Positions 44,761-57,170 of a DNA stretch of 64,000 nucleotides are shown piece after piece. Where the stretch lies: NCBI RefSeq assembly GCF_009914755.1, contig NC_060931.1; one strand, given 5' to 3'. A program made the translations under genes and the position numbers. The first letter of the stretch is position 1. Every line of letters begins with the position of its first letter. A model generated the notes under the pieces. It worked only from the letters and a program-made list of their open reading frames with translations. It was not told where the DNA came from and did not search any database. The DNA comes from the human T2T-CHM13v2.0 reference genome, Homo sapiens.

Positions 44761-45303
44761 TGTGATGGTTAATACGAAGTGCCAACTTGATTGGATTGAA
44801 GGATACAAAGCACGTTTCCAGGGCGTGTCTGTGAGGGTGTTGCCAAAGGAGATTAACATTTGAGTCAGTGGACTGGGAGAGGCAGACCCATCCTCAATCT
44901 GGGTTATCACCATCTAATCAGCTGCCAGTGTGGCTAAAATAAAGCAGGGAGGAGAAGATGGAAGAGCAGACTTGCTGAGTCTTCTGGCCTTCATCTTTAT
45001 TCCGTGAAGCATGCTTCCTGCCCTCAAACATCAGACTCCAAGTTCTTCAGTTTTTGGACTCTTGAACTTACACTAGTGGTTTGCAAGGGACTCTCAGGCC
45101 TTTAGCCACAGACTGATGACTGCACTATCAGCTTCTCTACTTTTGAGGTTTTGGGGCTTGGACTGGTCCACCACTGGCTTCCTTGCTCCTCAATTTGCAG
45201 ATGGCCTATTATGGGACTTCACCTTGTGATTGTGTATAAACTCCCTTTCATATATTCATATATCCTGTTAGTTCTGTCCCTCTAGAGAACCGTGACTAAT
45301 ACA
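44761..45303 (+). mobile_element. MLT2A (MLT2A2-like) ERVL solo LTR
   Basis: tgtgatggttaatac...cctctagagaaccgtgactaataca with TG...CA ends; perfect 5-bp TSD GGGAC at 44756-44760 and 45304-45308. Confidence 0.93.
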
Positions 45304-45797
45304 GGGACCTAATTAAACTAAAAAGCTTCTGCACAGCAAAAGAAATAATCAGCGGAGTGAACAGACAACCCACCGAGTGGGAGAAAATATTCTCAAACTA
45401 TGCATCCGACAAAGAACTAATATCCAGAATCTAAAAGTAACTCAAACAAATCAGCAAGAAAAAAACAAACATTCTCATCAAAAAATGGGCAAAGGACATA
45501 AATACAAAATTCTCAAAAAAGGATGTACCCACAAGCCGTGCCTCCATAGCACAGCAGGCAGGACGTCTGTCTCATAATCAGAAGATATACAAATAGCCAA
45601 CAAACATATGAGAAAATGCTCACCATCACTATTTATCAGGAAATGCATATTAAAGCCACAGTGAGATACCATGTGAGAATGGCCATAATTAAAATGTTAA
45701 AAAATAATATATGTTGGCATGGATGTGGTGAAAAAGGAAAACTTCTACACTGCTGGTGGGAATATAAACTAGTACAACCACTGTGGAAAAACAGTAT

Positions 45798-47285
45798 TCT
45801 CACATGACATTGTTGTCTCTATAGCAAATACCCAAGAATTGACAACAAATCTCCTGAACTAGTCAAATAGGATCCAAAGTTAATATGCAAAAGTTAATTG
45901 CTTTCCTTTAAACCAGCAATGAACAATTGAAATTTGAAATTAAAAACATAGTACCATGTACAATTACACCAAAAAATAAAATACACATGAATCTAAGTAT
46001 ATACTGGATCTATATGCAGAAATCTACAGTCTTCTGATGAATTGATCAAAGAAGATTTAAATAAATGGAGAGAAATTTTGCATTTATGAATCCGAAGACT
46101 AATTACTGTGAAGATTTCAGTTCTTTTCATCTTGATTTATAGATCATCATGTTCTCAATCAAAATAGCAAGCTATTTGTAGATATTGACAAACTGACTCT
46201 AAAGTTTCTACAGAAAGTTAAAAGACATAAAACAGTAAACATAATATTGAAGATAAAAAAACAAAGTTGCTATACTCACATTACCCAATTTCAAGACTTA
46301 CTATAAAGCTATAGTAATTAAGATTGAGATTTTGTTGAAAGAATAAACTTATATAGATCATAGGTATAGAATAGATAGCCTAGGAATAGATTAATACAAA
46401 TATAAGCAACTGATTAATGTAAAAAAAAAAAAAACCCACAGGAGCTAACTGAAAGATCTCTAAATGAACAAAGTTGGAACAATTTGAGCAACAAAATAAC
46501 GCATAATTTGATTAAAATCTGGAGTATAAAATACATATCTATGAGTCCATACTGATACAAGGAGACTCAATATACAAATGGGTAAGAATAGGCCTATTTT
46601 CTCTGCAGAATAATTTTAAATAATTTACGTAGCTACTCCATGCTCAAGGATGTGGAAAATTAGTTATCTTGTTGAAGTGTGCATTGCACTTCCTTCCAAA
46701 AGAAAATGGAGGAAAAGAGTAGTTTTACAGTGAATAAACAAGAGAAATACTACTTTAGCCAGGTGATTAGGGTTATCAGCAATAACAAATCATTGTTATT
46801 ATTTTGATAATATGTACATTTGATATGATGTGATGAAAAGTGACACTCACCTCTCAGAAGCCCGTAACTCCAAGTCTAATCATGAACAAAATACCAGATA
46901 AATTTCAATTAGTGACATTCTATAAAATATCTCAATATTTTCAGGGTCATCTAAACAAGGAAAGCCTGAGAAACTATCACAGCCAAGAGAAATCTAAGAA
47001 GACACTCCTACTCAATGTAATGCAGTCCCTGTATGGTATCATGAAATACAGAAAGAACATTAGGTAAAAACTTGAGAAATGACAATAAAGTATACACTTT
47101 AGTTAATGATAATAGATCAATATTGGTTCATTAACTGTAATAAATCTACTATACAATGTAGCATACAAATGTAAGATACTGCAGGAACCTGGCTGTGCAA
47201 TAAATGGGAACTCATTATGTTTACAATGTTTGCATAAATCTAAAACTGTTTTAAAACAAAGTTTTTAAAAGAAATATTTTAAAAA
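45798..47285 (+). mobile_element. Old L1M ORF2 RT part and L1MC/MD-type 3' end
   Basis: tcacatgacattgttgtctctatagcaaatacccaag (decayed FADD region) ... ttcaagacttactataaagctatagtaat; 3'UTR motifs atgagtccatactgatac and tttagccaggtgattagggtt. Confidence 0.8.
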
Positions 47286-47749
47286 TCAGTAAAACCTGAG
47301 AACACAATAAAGTCATTTGTTACCAGAGAGAGATTGTTTGGGAAAAGAGTGGGTTGAAGGGTGAGAAAATAAGTTTAACCTTTTCAAGTGTTTATGAGGA
47401 CAGCTACATGGATATATTTTGCAGTAAGCCGAATATTCAGGTTTGGTCTTAGGAGAAAGGTCTTAATTAGAAGTTTAATTCTGGAACACAAACACCAAGG
47501 CTGAATTCAGTCAATAATGTAGATCAGAATACTCAGGAAGAGTTTCAGAAATGTTAAAAGGCAAAAGTCTGGGGGAATTATAACTTTAAAAAGTAGAATG
47601 TGAAAGTAGGTGAGGAGCCAGAAGAAAATGGTGTCCTATAAGAGAAGAGAGAGGCATTTTCATAAGTGGAGAGGGTAAAAAAGACACACAAAAATTACAA
47701 CAATGCATTTACCAAGGGTCAGAATTTTTAACATGCTTTTCTTATTTTG

Positions 47750-48410
47750 AACTGGAATTTTCAGTTGACGTATACAATTAATTAATGGGCTTTAAAATCA
47801 GTTTATAATGATTGGTATTATTTTAAATGAAATATAATGAAGTGGAATAGAAAATATGAAATTCATCACACACAGGAAAATGTTACATTCACCTTAAAAA
47901 GGTGAAATGGCTCAAAAATTTTGGTCCTTTATGGACGCTAATGATGGCATATATGCACCAAGAAAGTGTAAAAGATTTATTATCCACATCAAAGGATTTC
48001 TGAGGAAAGTAAGAAAGCTCCCAGGCAGGTTCAAAAATGACTTGAGAGAGTCACGAAAGAAGAATGGATGAGGCTTTTATGGTGGTCAGGGAGCAGAGCC
48101 ATGATGAATATTCCCACGTGTCATCTGAGCCTTGGGCGATTTGAAATCCTACACCCATCTTAGCCCCAAAGAGTCAGCTTTCTTATTAATTTTCCTAGAT
48201 GTGAAGTAAGAGACAAAGCGGGGAATGGTGGGATATGAAATCTGTAAGCAGTCAAACATCAAAAGCAGAAGCTCACTCTTTATCACAGCAAGCAGTATTT
48301 CAGGAAAGCTTTTATCAGTAGTATGTGTGTGAGTGCATGTAGATCGTATTTCGCAAAATGTAGTATTTTAGATGTGGTCTAAAAAGTTTAAAAGTTTGAA
48401 AGTCAAGAAC
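47750..48410. mobile_element. Non-autonomous hAT-Charlie element interrupted by an LTR
   Basis: aaatgaaatataatgaagtggaatagaaaatatg...catcacac on the left and aaaagtttgaaagtca on the right; subfamily uncertain. Confidence 0.45.
47890..48287 (-). mobile_element. ERVL LTR, MER74/MER73-like
   Basis: gcagtcaaacatcaaaagcagaagctcactctttatcaca is the reverse complement of a MER74-type LTR start. Confidence 0.6.
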
Positions 48411-49615
48411 CTAAAAGTTATTGAACAGGTTACATTAAATTATAACTCAACTTAAAGAGCACAGAGTAATAGATTTTTCCCTCCAAATTCATCACCAAAT
48501 TAAATGTAGAAATGAATTTTAATGGTCTTACTCAGGCTCTTGCTGTCTCTCTTTTCTTTTATTCCAGGGGATTTAAGGACTGGGAAATTTAAAGTCCATT
48601 TATTAACACTCTTGCTTCCTGCCAAGCCATTTGATTCATCTGAGCTACACCACTAAAATTATTTCATTTAGTTTCATCTTGAAAATCAGAACTTGTGCTC
48701 CAATCGTAGAATAGATTTACATTTCCTAACAATCTTGTTATAAAATCCTTGAACTTCTCAGTCATGGTATCAGTCTCACATCATCTTACTTGGATTCTTC
48801 ACTTTCTCCTATTGTTCTCCACACTTAGAGAAAGATTTTTTGAACCTTTAGAATCCACAAAGACAGAAATTCAAAATTACATTTGTCTGTCTGGTAAAGG
48901 TACTTAAATATTATTTAGTTTACCTAGATACCAATACAGATTCTATAATACATCCCATTATTAAGCATAAGTAATTAGAAACTTTATTTATTTTGGTCAG
49001 TCTACATATACATTTAGAACTTCTTTGGCCTCATGACTCCTTCTGCTGACCCTTTCTCCCAATATTGACCTTTACTGTAGCACTATATAATTTTCCTCTG
49101 TATTAGGGAATGTTAGCGTTTATCCAATTATCTAATTATTTCATTTTTTCCAGAGTACTTTTCAAATCTTTATGATTTCAGCCTTTTTTCCCTGCTTAAG
49201 CAATGCAATGAAGTTGACGTCAACCATACACACATATTTATACACATACACCCACACATTCACATCCTTATCTTTTTAATAGACAAATAGAAAATGTTGA
49301 TTAAAATGATATCACTTTGCAACGTTAATTGGACCGTGATCTCACTGTATAATAAGCTTCCATTTAGAAAACATTTGCTATGTGAGGTGTTTTTGGACAC
49401 TGCATTTTAGATTAGAACCTAATTGAATATATAGTATGTGGCCTTAAAAAGTACAATTACCACTTTTTAAAAGAACAACATAAATTGCTGTGTAATCTGA
49501 CAAAGTGAGTGTTGTTCATCTAGAAGCAATGTGTGTGCGTTGAGAGTGATGTGAGGAGAAAGGGAGAGCAAAGACGTATTTCTATTTTGTTTGTTTTTCC
49601 TCCTTTCATATTTCT

Positions 49616-50057
49616 TTTTAAAATTTTTTTCTACTTCCATAGCTTTTGGTGGAGCAGGTGGTATTTGCTTACGTGTGTAAGTTCTTTAGTGGTGATTTGT
49701 GAGATTGTTGGTGCACCCATCACCCAAGCAGTATACACTGAACCCAATACCCAATTTGTAGTCCTTTATACTTCACCCCCTTCCCATCGTTTCCCCCCGA
49801 GTCCCTAAAGTCCACTGTATTCTTCTTATGCCTTTGCATCCTTATAGTTTAGCTCCCACTTATAAATGAGAATGTATGATGTTTGGTTTTCCATTCCTGA
49901 GTTACTTCACTTGGAATAATAGTCTCTAATCCTATCCAGGTTGTTGCAAATGCAATCAATTCATTCCTTTTTTATAGCTGAGTAGTATTCAATGGTATAT
50001 ATTCAATTCAATGGTATATTGAATTGGTATATATACACACACACCATTGAATTGGTG

Positions 50058-50088
<31 letters not shown>

Positions 50089-50560
50089 CATTGAATTGTG
50101 ACATATATATCTATATATCTGTATCTCTATATATCTATATCTATATCTATATCTATATCTATGTATCACAATTTCTTTATCCACTCGTTGACTGATGGGC
50201 ATTTGGGTTGGTTCCACATTTTTGCAACTGTAAACTGTGCTGCTATAAACATGCGTGTGCAAGTATCTTTTTCATATAATGACTTCTTTTCCTCTGGGTA
50301 GATACCCTATAGTGGGATTGTTGGATCAAATGGTAGCTCTACTTTTAGTTTTTCAAGGAACCTCCACACTGTTTTCCATAATGGTTGTACTAGTTTACAT
50401 TCCCGCCAGCAGTGTAAAAGTGTTGCCTTTCACTGCATCCATGCCAACATCTATTTTGCCAATAAGCACATGAAAAAGTTCTCAGCATCACTAATGATCA
50501 GAGAAATGCAAATCAAAACCACAATGCCATAGATACCACCTCACTCCCACAAGAACGGCC
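49616..50560 (-). mobile_element. L1PB1-like element, 5'-truncated with 5' inversion (inverted part ~50458-50560)
   Basis: L1PB1 3' end (gtaagttctttagtggtgatttgtgagatt); inverted sense-orientation block gccaataagcacatgaaaaag...aagaacggcc; TSD tcctttcatatttct 49601-49615 / tccttttctatttct 50561-50575. Confidence 0.9.
49986..50170. repeat. Compound TA/CA/TATC repeat with duplicated ccattgaatt units inside L1PB1
   Basis: Directly visible. Confidence 0.9.
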
Positions 50561-52231
50561 TCCTTTTCTATTTCTAATAATTTTTATCAATAAGTTGAGC
50601 ACTTTTCATGTCTTCTTTTCTTATCCATTCTTTTAAAATTATTTTTCTATTACCTTTCTTTTTCTCTTGCTTCTTTTTTACTGTCTATTCCTTTTTTATT
50701 TTCTTAAATGTTGTAAAATAGATATAGATGGACTGGTGAAACAAAGTTGATACGATAAAAGGAAATAAATATGGGTCTTTTATGCACTTAAATTCTACTC
50801 ATTATAAAGTTCCTTTATTTAAATTTTCAAAAATGCCGAAGGTTGGTCTGAACTTCCATTTGGAAAAGAGTCAGAGAAAGTGCGTAGTCTTGCTCACAGT
50901 AGAGAGGCAAAGATAAACTAGCTATTATAGTCTACATACCATATGGTCTTCAACTGATTATAATAAGATTTCCTTTGAAAAAAATCACCTTACAGACCAA
51001 CAGGGAGAGGTATCATCCATTACTGTTGACATATCCTTTTCAGAATCCATCATATGGCATTTCAATATACCATGTGCTTCAAATTCCAAAAGAAACACAT
51101 TTCATTAAAATGCCTTGGCTCATTTTCAAGGTCTCATTTTTATTAACCTTAATTGCTCTACCCCCAGATATCCAAAACTGTTACTGTATAATTGAGCCAC
51201 AACTTTGACTTTTCAGAATGCCTGAGAAATACATTTGTCTACTAATATAGATTATTCATATAATAATGTGTGTGGAACGAATCATTCAACCATTGTTGTT
51301 TAAGGTGATGTATTATCTTAAGTTGTAAGTTTCAAAGCTCTAGGACAAAACAACAGAAGATGAAAAAATGAAGTTTAACAAGTAGTTATCAAGCAAGTTA
51401 CATACTACACAAAAGTAAAAGTACATTAATGTGTTACCTATATATTTGACATATTTTTGCCTAAATCATCAATTAAAACGTTGAGTAAGAAAGAGTATTA
51501 TTCTATGAGAGACTTTCTTCAAAAATGGCATAATTAATAATGAACTTGTTTTCATAATAATATTCAACTAGATATCTAATACCTCTATCTCTCAGCCCAT
51601 ATATTAAGCCTAATCTAAAAATTGGGAATACCAAATAAATTGTTAAATTTCTTACTAATCTCATGATAAACATAACTGCTATTATTGGCAATATCTATAT
51701 TTAGAGCAATACTTTTGAACACATCTGTATTTGTTAATAATAAATCACTTTGCTCCTAGGCCACAATATTTCATTGCCTGAAAAATAACCAAATGTTTCC
51801 TAATTTAGTCTAAGAATTCTAGAAATCAACATGAAATTTACCATTTGGCTCTAGTTTCCAGAAAGCTTTTTTTTTTTTCTTAATCATGATATTTGCCTAT
51901 CTTCATTATTTGTTGTATTTCCATTCATCATTATCTTTTAAAGACCATCAAACCAAGCACTGATATTGTTTCAACATGTCACTCAGCTCCTGGGGTAAGT
52001 TTTAACACAACAATAAATTGAAAGAGACCAGGTATCGGTTCAGTGCCATGTCATGACGGAAAGTTTGAAAATAATCAAAACTAGATTTTACAACCCTGAA
52101 GTCATCATTCACGGTGTTAACATTAAGAACGGTGTGTTATAAAGATAATTTTTTAACACAGCCATACTCTGATACCTGCAGAATAAGAGTAGAAGTCGTC
52201 TAAGCCTGGTGAGAAGGCCATCAACAAAACT

Positions 52232-53280
52232 GTGCAAAAACAGAGATCATAGTATAATGAACTTCTAAGCGTGTATCAACAATCATAACAGTCATCAACT
52301 CATGAGCAGCTAGCTTCACCTGTATATAGTGAGAGTTTAATATGTGTTCAGAGAGTTTAATATGTGCTTTACTATGTTGAATGGTGGATTGCTGTCTGGC
52401 TTCCAACTAAAAAATATAATGGTACACATGAGTTAGTTATCCGACAATTGGTAGATGAGCTGAACAAGAGGTGCATGCGCTTCCAGAGTTCACTGGATCA
52501 ACGGATACCTGAGTGTTTCCCAGGATGAGTGATGGGCTACCACAGAGCAAGGGTTGGCAGCATTTTAATCTGAAAGGGATTATGTAGAGTGGAGTAGACC
52601 AGCACAAAACAAGATGAGGGAAGTAGTGGAAGTGACAGGAAAGTGTTATGGCCTGCCTTATGGGCAGTGCAGAAGAAATTCTCAGTGGGACCATTGTAAA
52701 ACCCATAAAAGTGCCCTAAAAACAAGTAGACTTTAAACATCTGCAGTGCCTATAGACTGCAAAGCCGTCTAAACACACACTGAGTTAAGTAAGAATTCTC
52801 CTGTGCCCTCTTACTCTCCCCCGTCCCTAAAAAGTCAAATCTGAGGGAGATCAGAATCCGTTTTCTTTGCAAATGGATATATGAGTAGGAAAAGGAAAAT
52901 GAACCACAATACAATCCTACTGAATCTGCTGACTGCTTGCCGGAAAAATCTCTTAAATGGGGAGGATAGATTATTTAAGAGTTTTATCATTATATGGGTC
53001 TACCAATTATAATTTCTGAATTAAGAAAGTACATTAATTTCTGACTTAAAGTGACCATATGATTTATATTACTTACGAAGAGTTGTAAGTCAATGGACTG
53101 ACTTAATATTTATGTATGTGCAAGAAATAATTTTGGTCACTGAATTTCCTTAAAAAATTTTTTCATTGTAAATTTCAAAAGTGCAAAAGCAGAGATCATA
53201 GTATAATGAACTTACAAGCACGTATCAACAATCATAACAGTCATCAACTCATGACCAGCTAGTTTCTTCTGTATATAGTG
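52232..53280 (+). repeat. Dispersed 100-bp direct repeat (52232-52331 and 53181-53280)
   Basis: Ungapped manual alignment, 91/100 identical. Confidence 0.95.
52380..53150. mobile_element. Possible very old LTR-like element
   Basis: Less AT-rich, purine-rich block with a ttaaagtgaccat motif reminiscent of ancient mammalian LTRs; family not identified. Confidence 0.3.
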
Positions 53281-53392
53281 CCACGTTTGAATTTATTAAG
53301 GAAAATCACAGATATCATATTGACCACTGAATTAATTTTAAAGAGGCAAAGGGGGACAGAGTTACCTTAAAATTATAGTTTAAGAATCCTGC

Positions 53393-53673
<281 letters not shown>

Positions 53674-53992
53674 AGGAGTCCTACAAGCCTAACAGTTGTG
53701 GAACAAAAGATATATGAGTGTATCTGTGTGTCATGTCAGTGACACAGCTGGCCTGGATTTTAAATCATGTTTACAAAGGGTTGGATTATTCAGAGCCCAG
53801 AAAGTTGAATTAATTGATTTCAAGTTATTTGACACTGTTGTTTCCCAACCCATTTGGGCCTTCTGGGAAGCAATTTATTCTCTCAAAATTTATGTGAAAC
53901 ATTTCATTCTTACATAGGAATATTTTAATATCTTTATACATATAAATAACAATATAAATCAGGTAACTGATAATTCATATAATCAGACCAGA

Positions 53993-54427
53993 ATGGCAGA
54001 AGATTGTAACAAAGACCACAGGTACTTGAAGATATTTATTCTTTCTTTTCATCCTGGGCTTATCTTTAGACTACATTTCCTAGACCCTTTGTAAAAGTGT
54101 GGTTTGTTCTCATCAATACATGATGGGCTGAAATAATGCATGCCAACACTCACCAAAGTGATTAAGAATGGATATGCCTTTCACGTGCTGTTTTTTATTG
54201 GTATGACAGATAGATGCAAAGAATCCCATAGGGGACATCAAGACCTTAGAAAATGACAAAGGCATATAATGAATAGAGTCTGGGTTGCTGAATGGCTGAA
54301 CAGAGCAACACCTCCTTTCTGACTTGCATGAGACTGTAAAATAAGTGAGAAACATTTGTTTTTCTCATTAAACCTCTGAAATGTTGGGGTTGTTTGGTTC
54401 AGCAGTTAGCCTTCCCTTAGTGATATA
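53993..54427 (+). mobile_element. MLT1J/I-like MaLR LTR
   Basis: gactacatttcctagaccc, gagtctgggttgctgaat, gtgagaaac...aaacctctgaaatgttggggttgtttg...cagcagttagcc. Confidence 0.7.
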
Positions 54428-54434
54428 GAGATAA

Positions 54435-54645
54435 TAATAATTTATGACTACATTCTCTTAGATACTTATCATATGACAGACACCATATATTGCCATATTT
54501 AATTCTTTCGATAAGCCAATAACACAGGCTTTATTAACCCCTTATGAGAAGTTATATTACTTCTTCAAACTTATCACATAGCTTTTAATTGGGGGGACTG
54601 GACCTTCAAACTAAGTGACCCCAAAGTTTGTGCAGTTAACCTGAT
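54435..54645 (-). mobile_element. MIR SINE
   Basis: atacttatcatatgacagacacc...atttaattctt...ttattaacccctt...cttcaaactaagtgaccccaaag. Confidence 0.5.
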
Positions 54646-55039
54646 CTCTATTATGCTACTAGTTAATTTCTTGGTGTATATATATATTTAAAAAGTCTTT
54701 ATTTTTAGTCGTGGGTAAATCCATCAACCCAAACTGTGAAAATGTCAAACTACAGCTCTCACTAATATTTGATCAGTAGAATAATAATTTATAATTGCCA
54801 CGCAACTGAAGGGAAATGTGAAGCATCCTCATAAACTAACAGTTTTATTAACATTGCATGTGGTTAATATTCCATCATTTTTCTAAGTTTATAGAACTGA
54901 AGCTTTGACCATTTACATGGGAAACTGCTTACATCATTTTAACTTCTAATCTCACATCACATATATGAGTGTTTATATGTGTGAATAATATTTTATCTAG
55001 GCTATTAAATAATATTCCAAATTACATTTTAAATTTTTT

Positions 55040-55930
55040 AAACAATGATGATTATAAGAATTTTCAGTATATTAAATAATATTTTTAAATATTTGTGTTT
55101 TTAAAAAATAAATTGCTGATCCTCTCACCTCCTAATTTCCTTACATACTTCCTACTAACCAGAATGTTCTGCATAAATGCATGGAACTATCTATCTCTCT
55201 CTCTCCCCCGACTTTCCCTTTTTTCCCAGATATAAATATTTCTACATTTGCCTATACCTACATATTGAAAACTGAGTCCACACCAATATCTTCAATTATC
55301 ATCCAATACCACCTGGTTTATGCTATTTTCATCGCATTCGAAATTTGTCAATGCCTTCTCCTTCAGTGAGAAAGCCACTTTCATTTTCTTTCATAGATAC
55401 ACTATTTGTGTTTAAAAACAGTCCTATTTCACCTGTGAAGATGATGACCTTACTCTGCTCAGCTACAGAGCTCTGTGCCAGGGTGCTCCTCCTTCGTGAA
55501 GATCCTTCATACTATTTAGGCTCTGACCACCCACACCAGAAGTGTGTCACCCATGTCTCCAGGTGGGTGACACCTTGGACATGAATACTGATGTCCACTG
55601 CATGGGCGCCTGTTCACTCTGCTGTAGCTTGAGTTTCCTACTTCAGGCTGTCCCTTGTGGGGACACCCTCCCTACCCTGCTCAGGCTGACTGACATCAAG
55701 CACAAGTGCCTTCTATCCTACTTGGTCACCAGTATCCAATGTAGGGATCTACAAACCAGTATCCAATGTAGGGATCTACAAGTGTCCCCTCAAAATCAAA
55801 TGATTTTGAGACCAAATTGTTCAGAAAGGAAAAGAAGAGGAAGAAAAAGAAGAAGGGCCAAAATTATAATTTTAATAGCTGAATTACTTTTTGTGTTTGT
55901 ACCATGGCTTTTAATATCATTCTTCTAGCC
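55040..55930 (-). mobile_element. L1MC5/L1ME-type 3' region
   Basis: tgagtccacaccaatatcttcaattatc, cttcagtgagaaagcc and repeated ggacaccctcc/ggctctgac units. Confidence 0.55.
55728..55781 (+). repeat. Perfect 27-bp tandem duplication accagtatccaatgtagggatctacaa x2
   Basis: Directly visible. Confidence 0.95.
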
Positions 55931-56099
55931 TAATATGTCTAAAAAATCTTGAATTTTTCTCTATTTACAAAAATAAAGTAATAATTTTTGGAAGATAAGC
56001 TTATATTTTAAAGAAGATTGCTACAAGTGAAATTAGTATTTTGCAATATAAAAAATTCTTAAAATCTTTAAAAGATACTAAGAAAAAAGTCCTCTCTCT

Positions 56100-57170
56100 T
56101 TAATGTTTTAATCACTATTTCCTGAATTACCAAAAAATTACACTTTTTAAATTTTTTATTTTTCTCTGTGTGAATTATTTTTTCATGCTAACTGATATAT
56201 TTTCCTGATTATTTAAAAACAGTTTATATGAAGCAAAGTAATACTTTGTCATACTTCTTGCAAATATGCTCATTGGTTTTTCATTTAGCTTTTAATATAT
56301 TATATTTTAATGTATCATACTTTAATACATTTTAACATTCTCAGATAATTTCTTTTGCACACTTAGAAAATTCTTAGTCATAATTTAACTGCTTACTTGT
56401 AGCTTTCTTCTAGGACTTTTATGGTTTCATCTTTCATATATAGCTTTTTAAGATATCCAAAAAAGAATTCCTTTTGTGATTTCTTGTAATTAATTAATTA
56501 CTTCTTCTGTAAATATAGAGCAATTTTTCCAGCATCCTCAGTTGAGTAATTTTTTATTTAAATATTAAATTCATTTATATTTGAACATACACATATACAG
56601 GTAGATTAAATATGTATGTGCATTTGGGGCTAATTTATTTTATTCTTTTTACCAACACTACACGTTTTATATCAATGCTACAGTGTTTTAATTATTGTAT
56701 GTTTAAGTACCTAATAGATCAAATTCCTTTCATGCCTCATCCTATTCAATGACATCTGAGCTATTATACCAAGTGTCCTTCCAAATGGTCTTACTATCAC
56801 CTTTGTTTTTCTCAAAGAAGCATTAAAGTATATTTAATCTGTTATATTTTGTCACTCATCCAAATATATAATATACCTCTCTTTTTGTTCAAGTATTTTT
56901 GTCTCTTGGTAAAGTTTTCACCTTTTCTTCTTATACTCATTTCTAGATATTTATGTATTTTGTTGTGATTGTGAATAGATACACATTTAAAAAATAATTT
57001 CTACTTCCTTTCTGTTGTATTGAGAAATTATTAATTTCTTTATATTTATCTTACATCAACCTATTTTACTACAGCAAAGGTATATAGTATTATACTTTAT
57101 ACTATAAGTATTATAGCATATTTTTCCCTGGAATTTTAAGAATACATTGACATTGCCTGCAAACCTCCCA
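56100..57170 (-). mobile_element. Highly decayed L1ME ORF2 fragment
   Basis: ttcttgcaaatatg, ttttccagcatcc, cagtgttttaattattgtatg, tttgttgtgattgtgaatag. Confidence 0.5.

Larger units (their letters stand above)
43366..45797 (+). mobile_element. L1PB-type ORF2 fragment (no 3'UTR or tail) carrying two nested LTRs
   Basis: Starts caaggattcccc (RQGCPLSP region), includes [16 protein letters not shown]...[10 protein letters not shown], ends ...VQPLWKNS. Confidence 0.88.
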
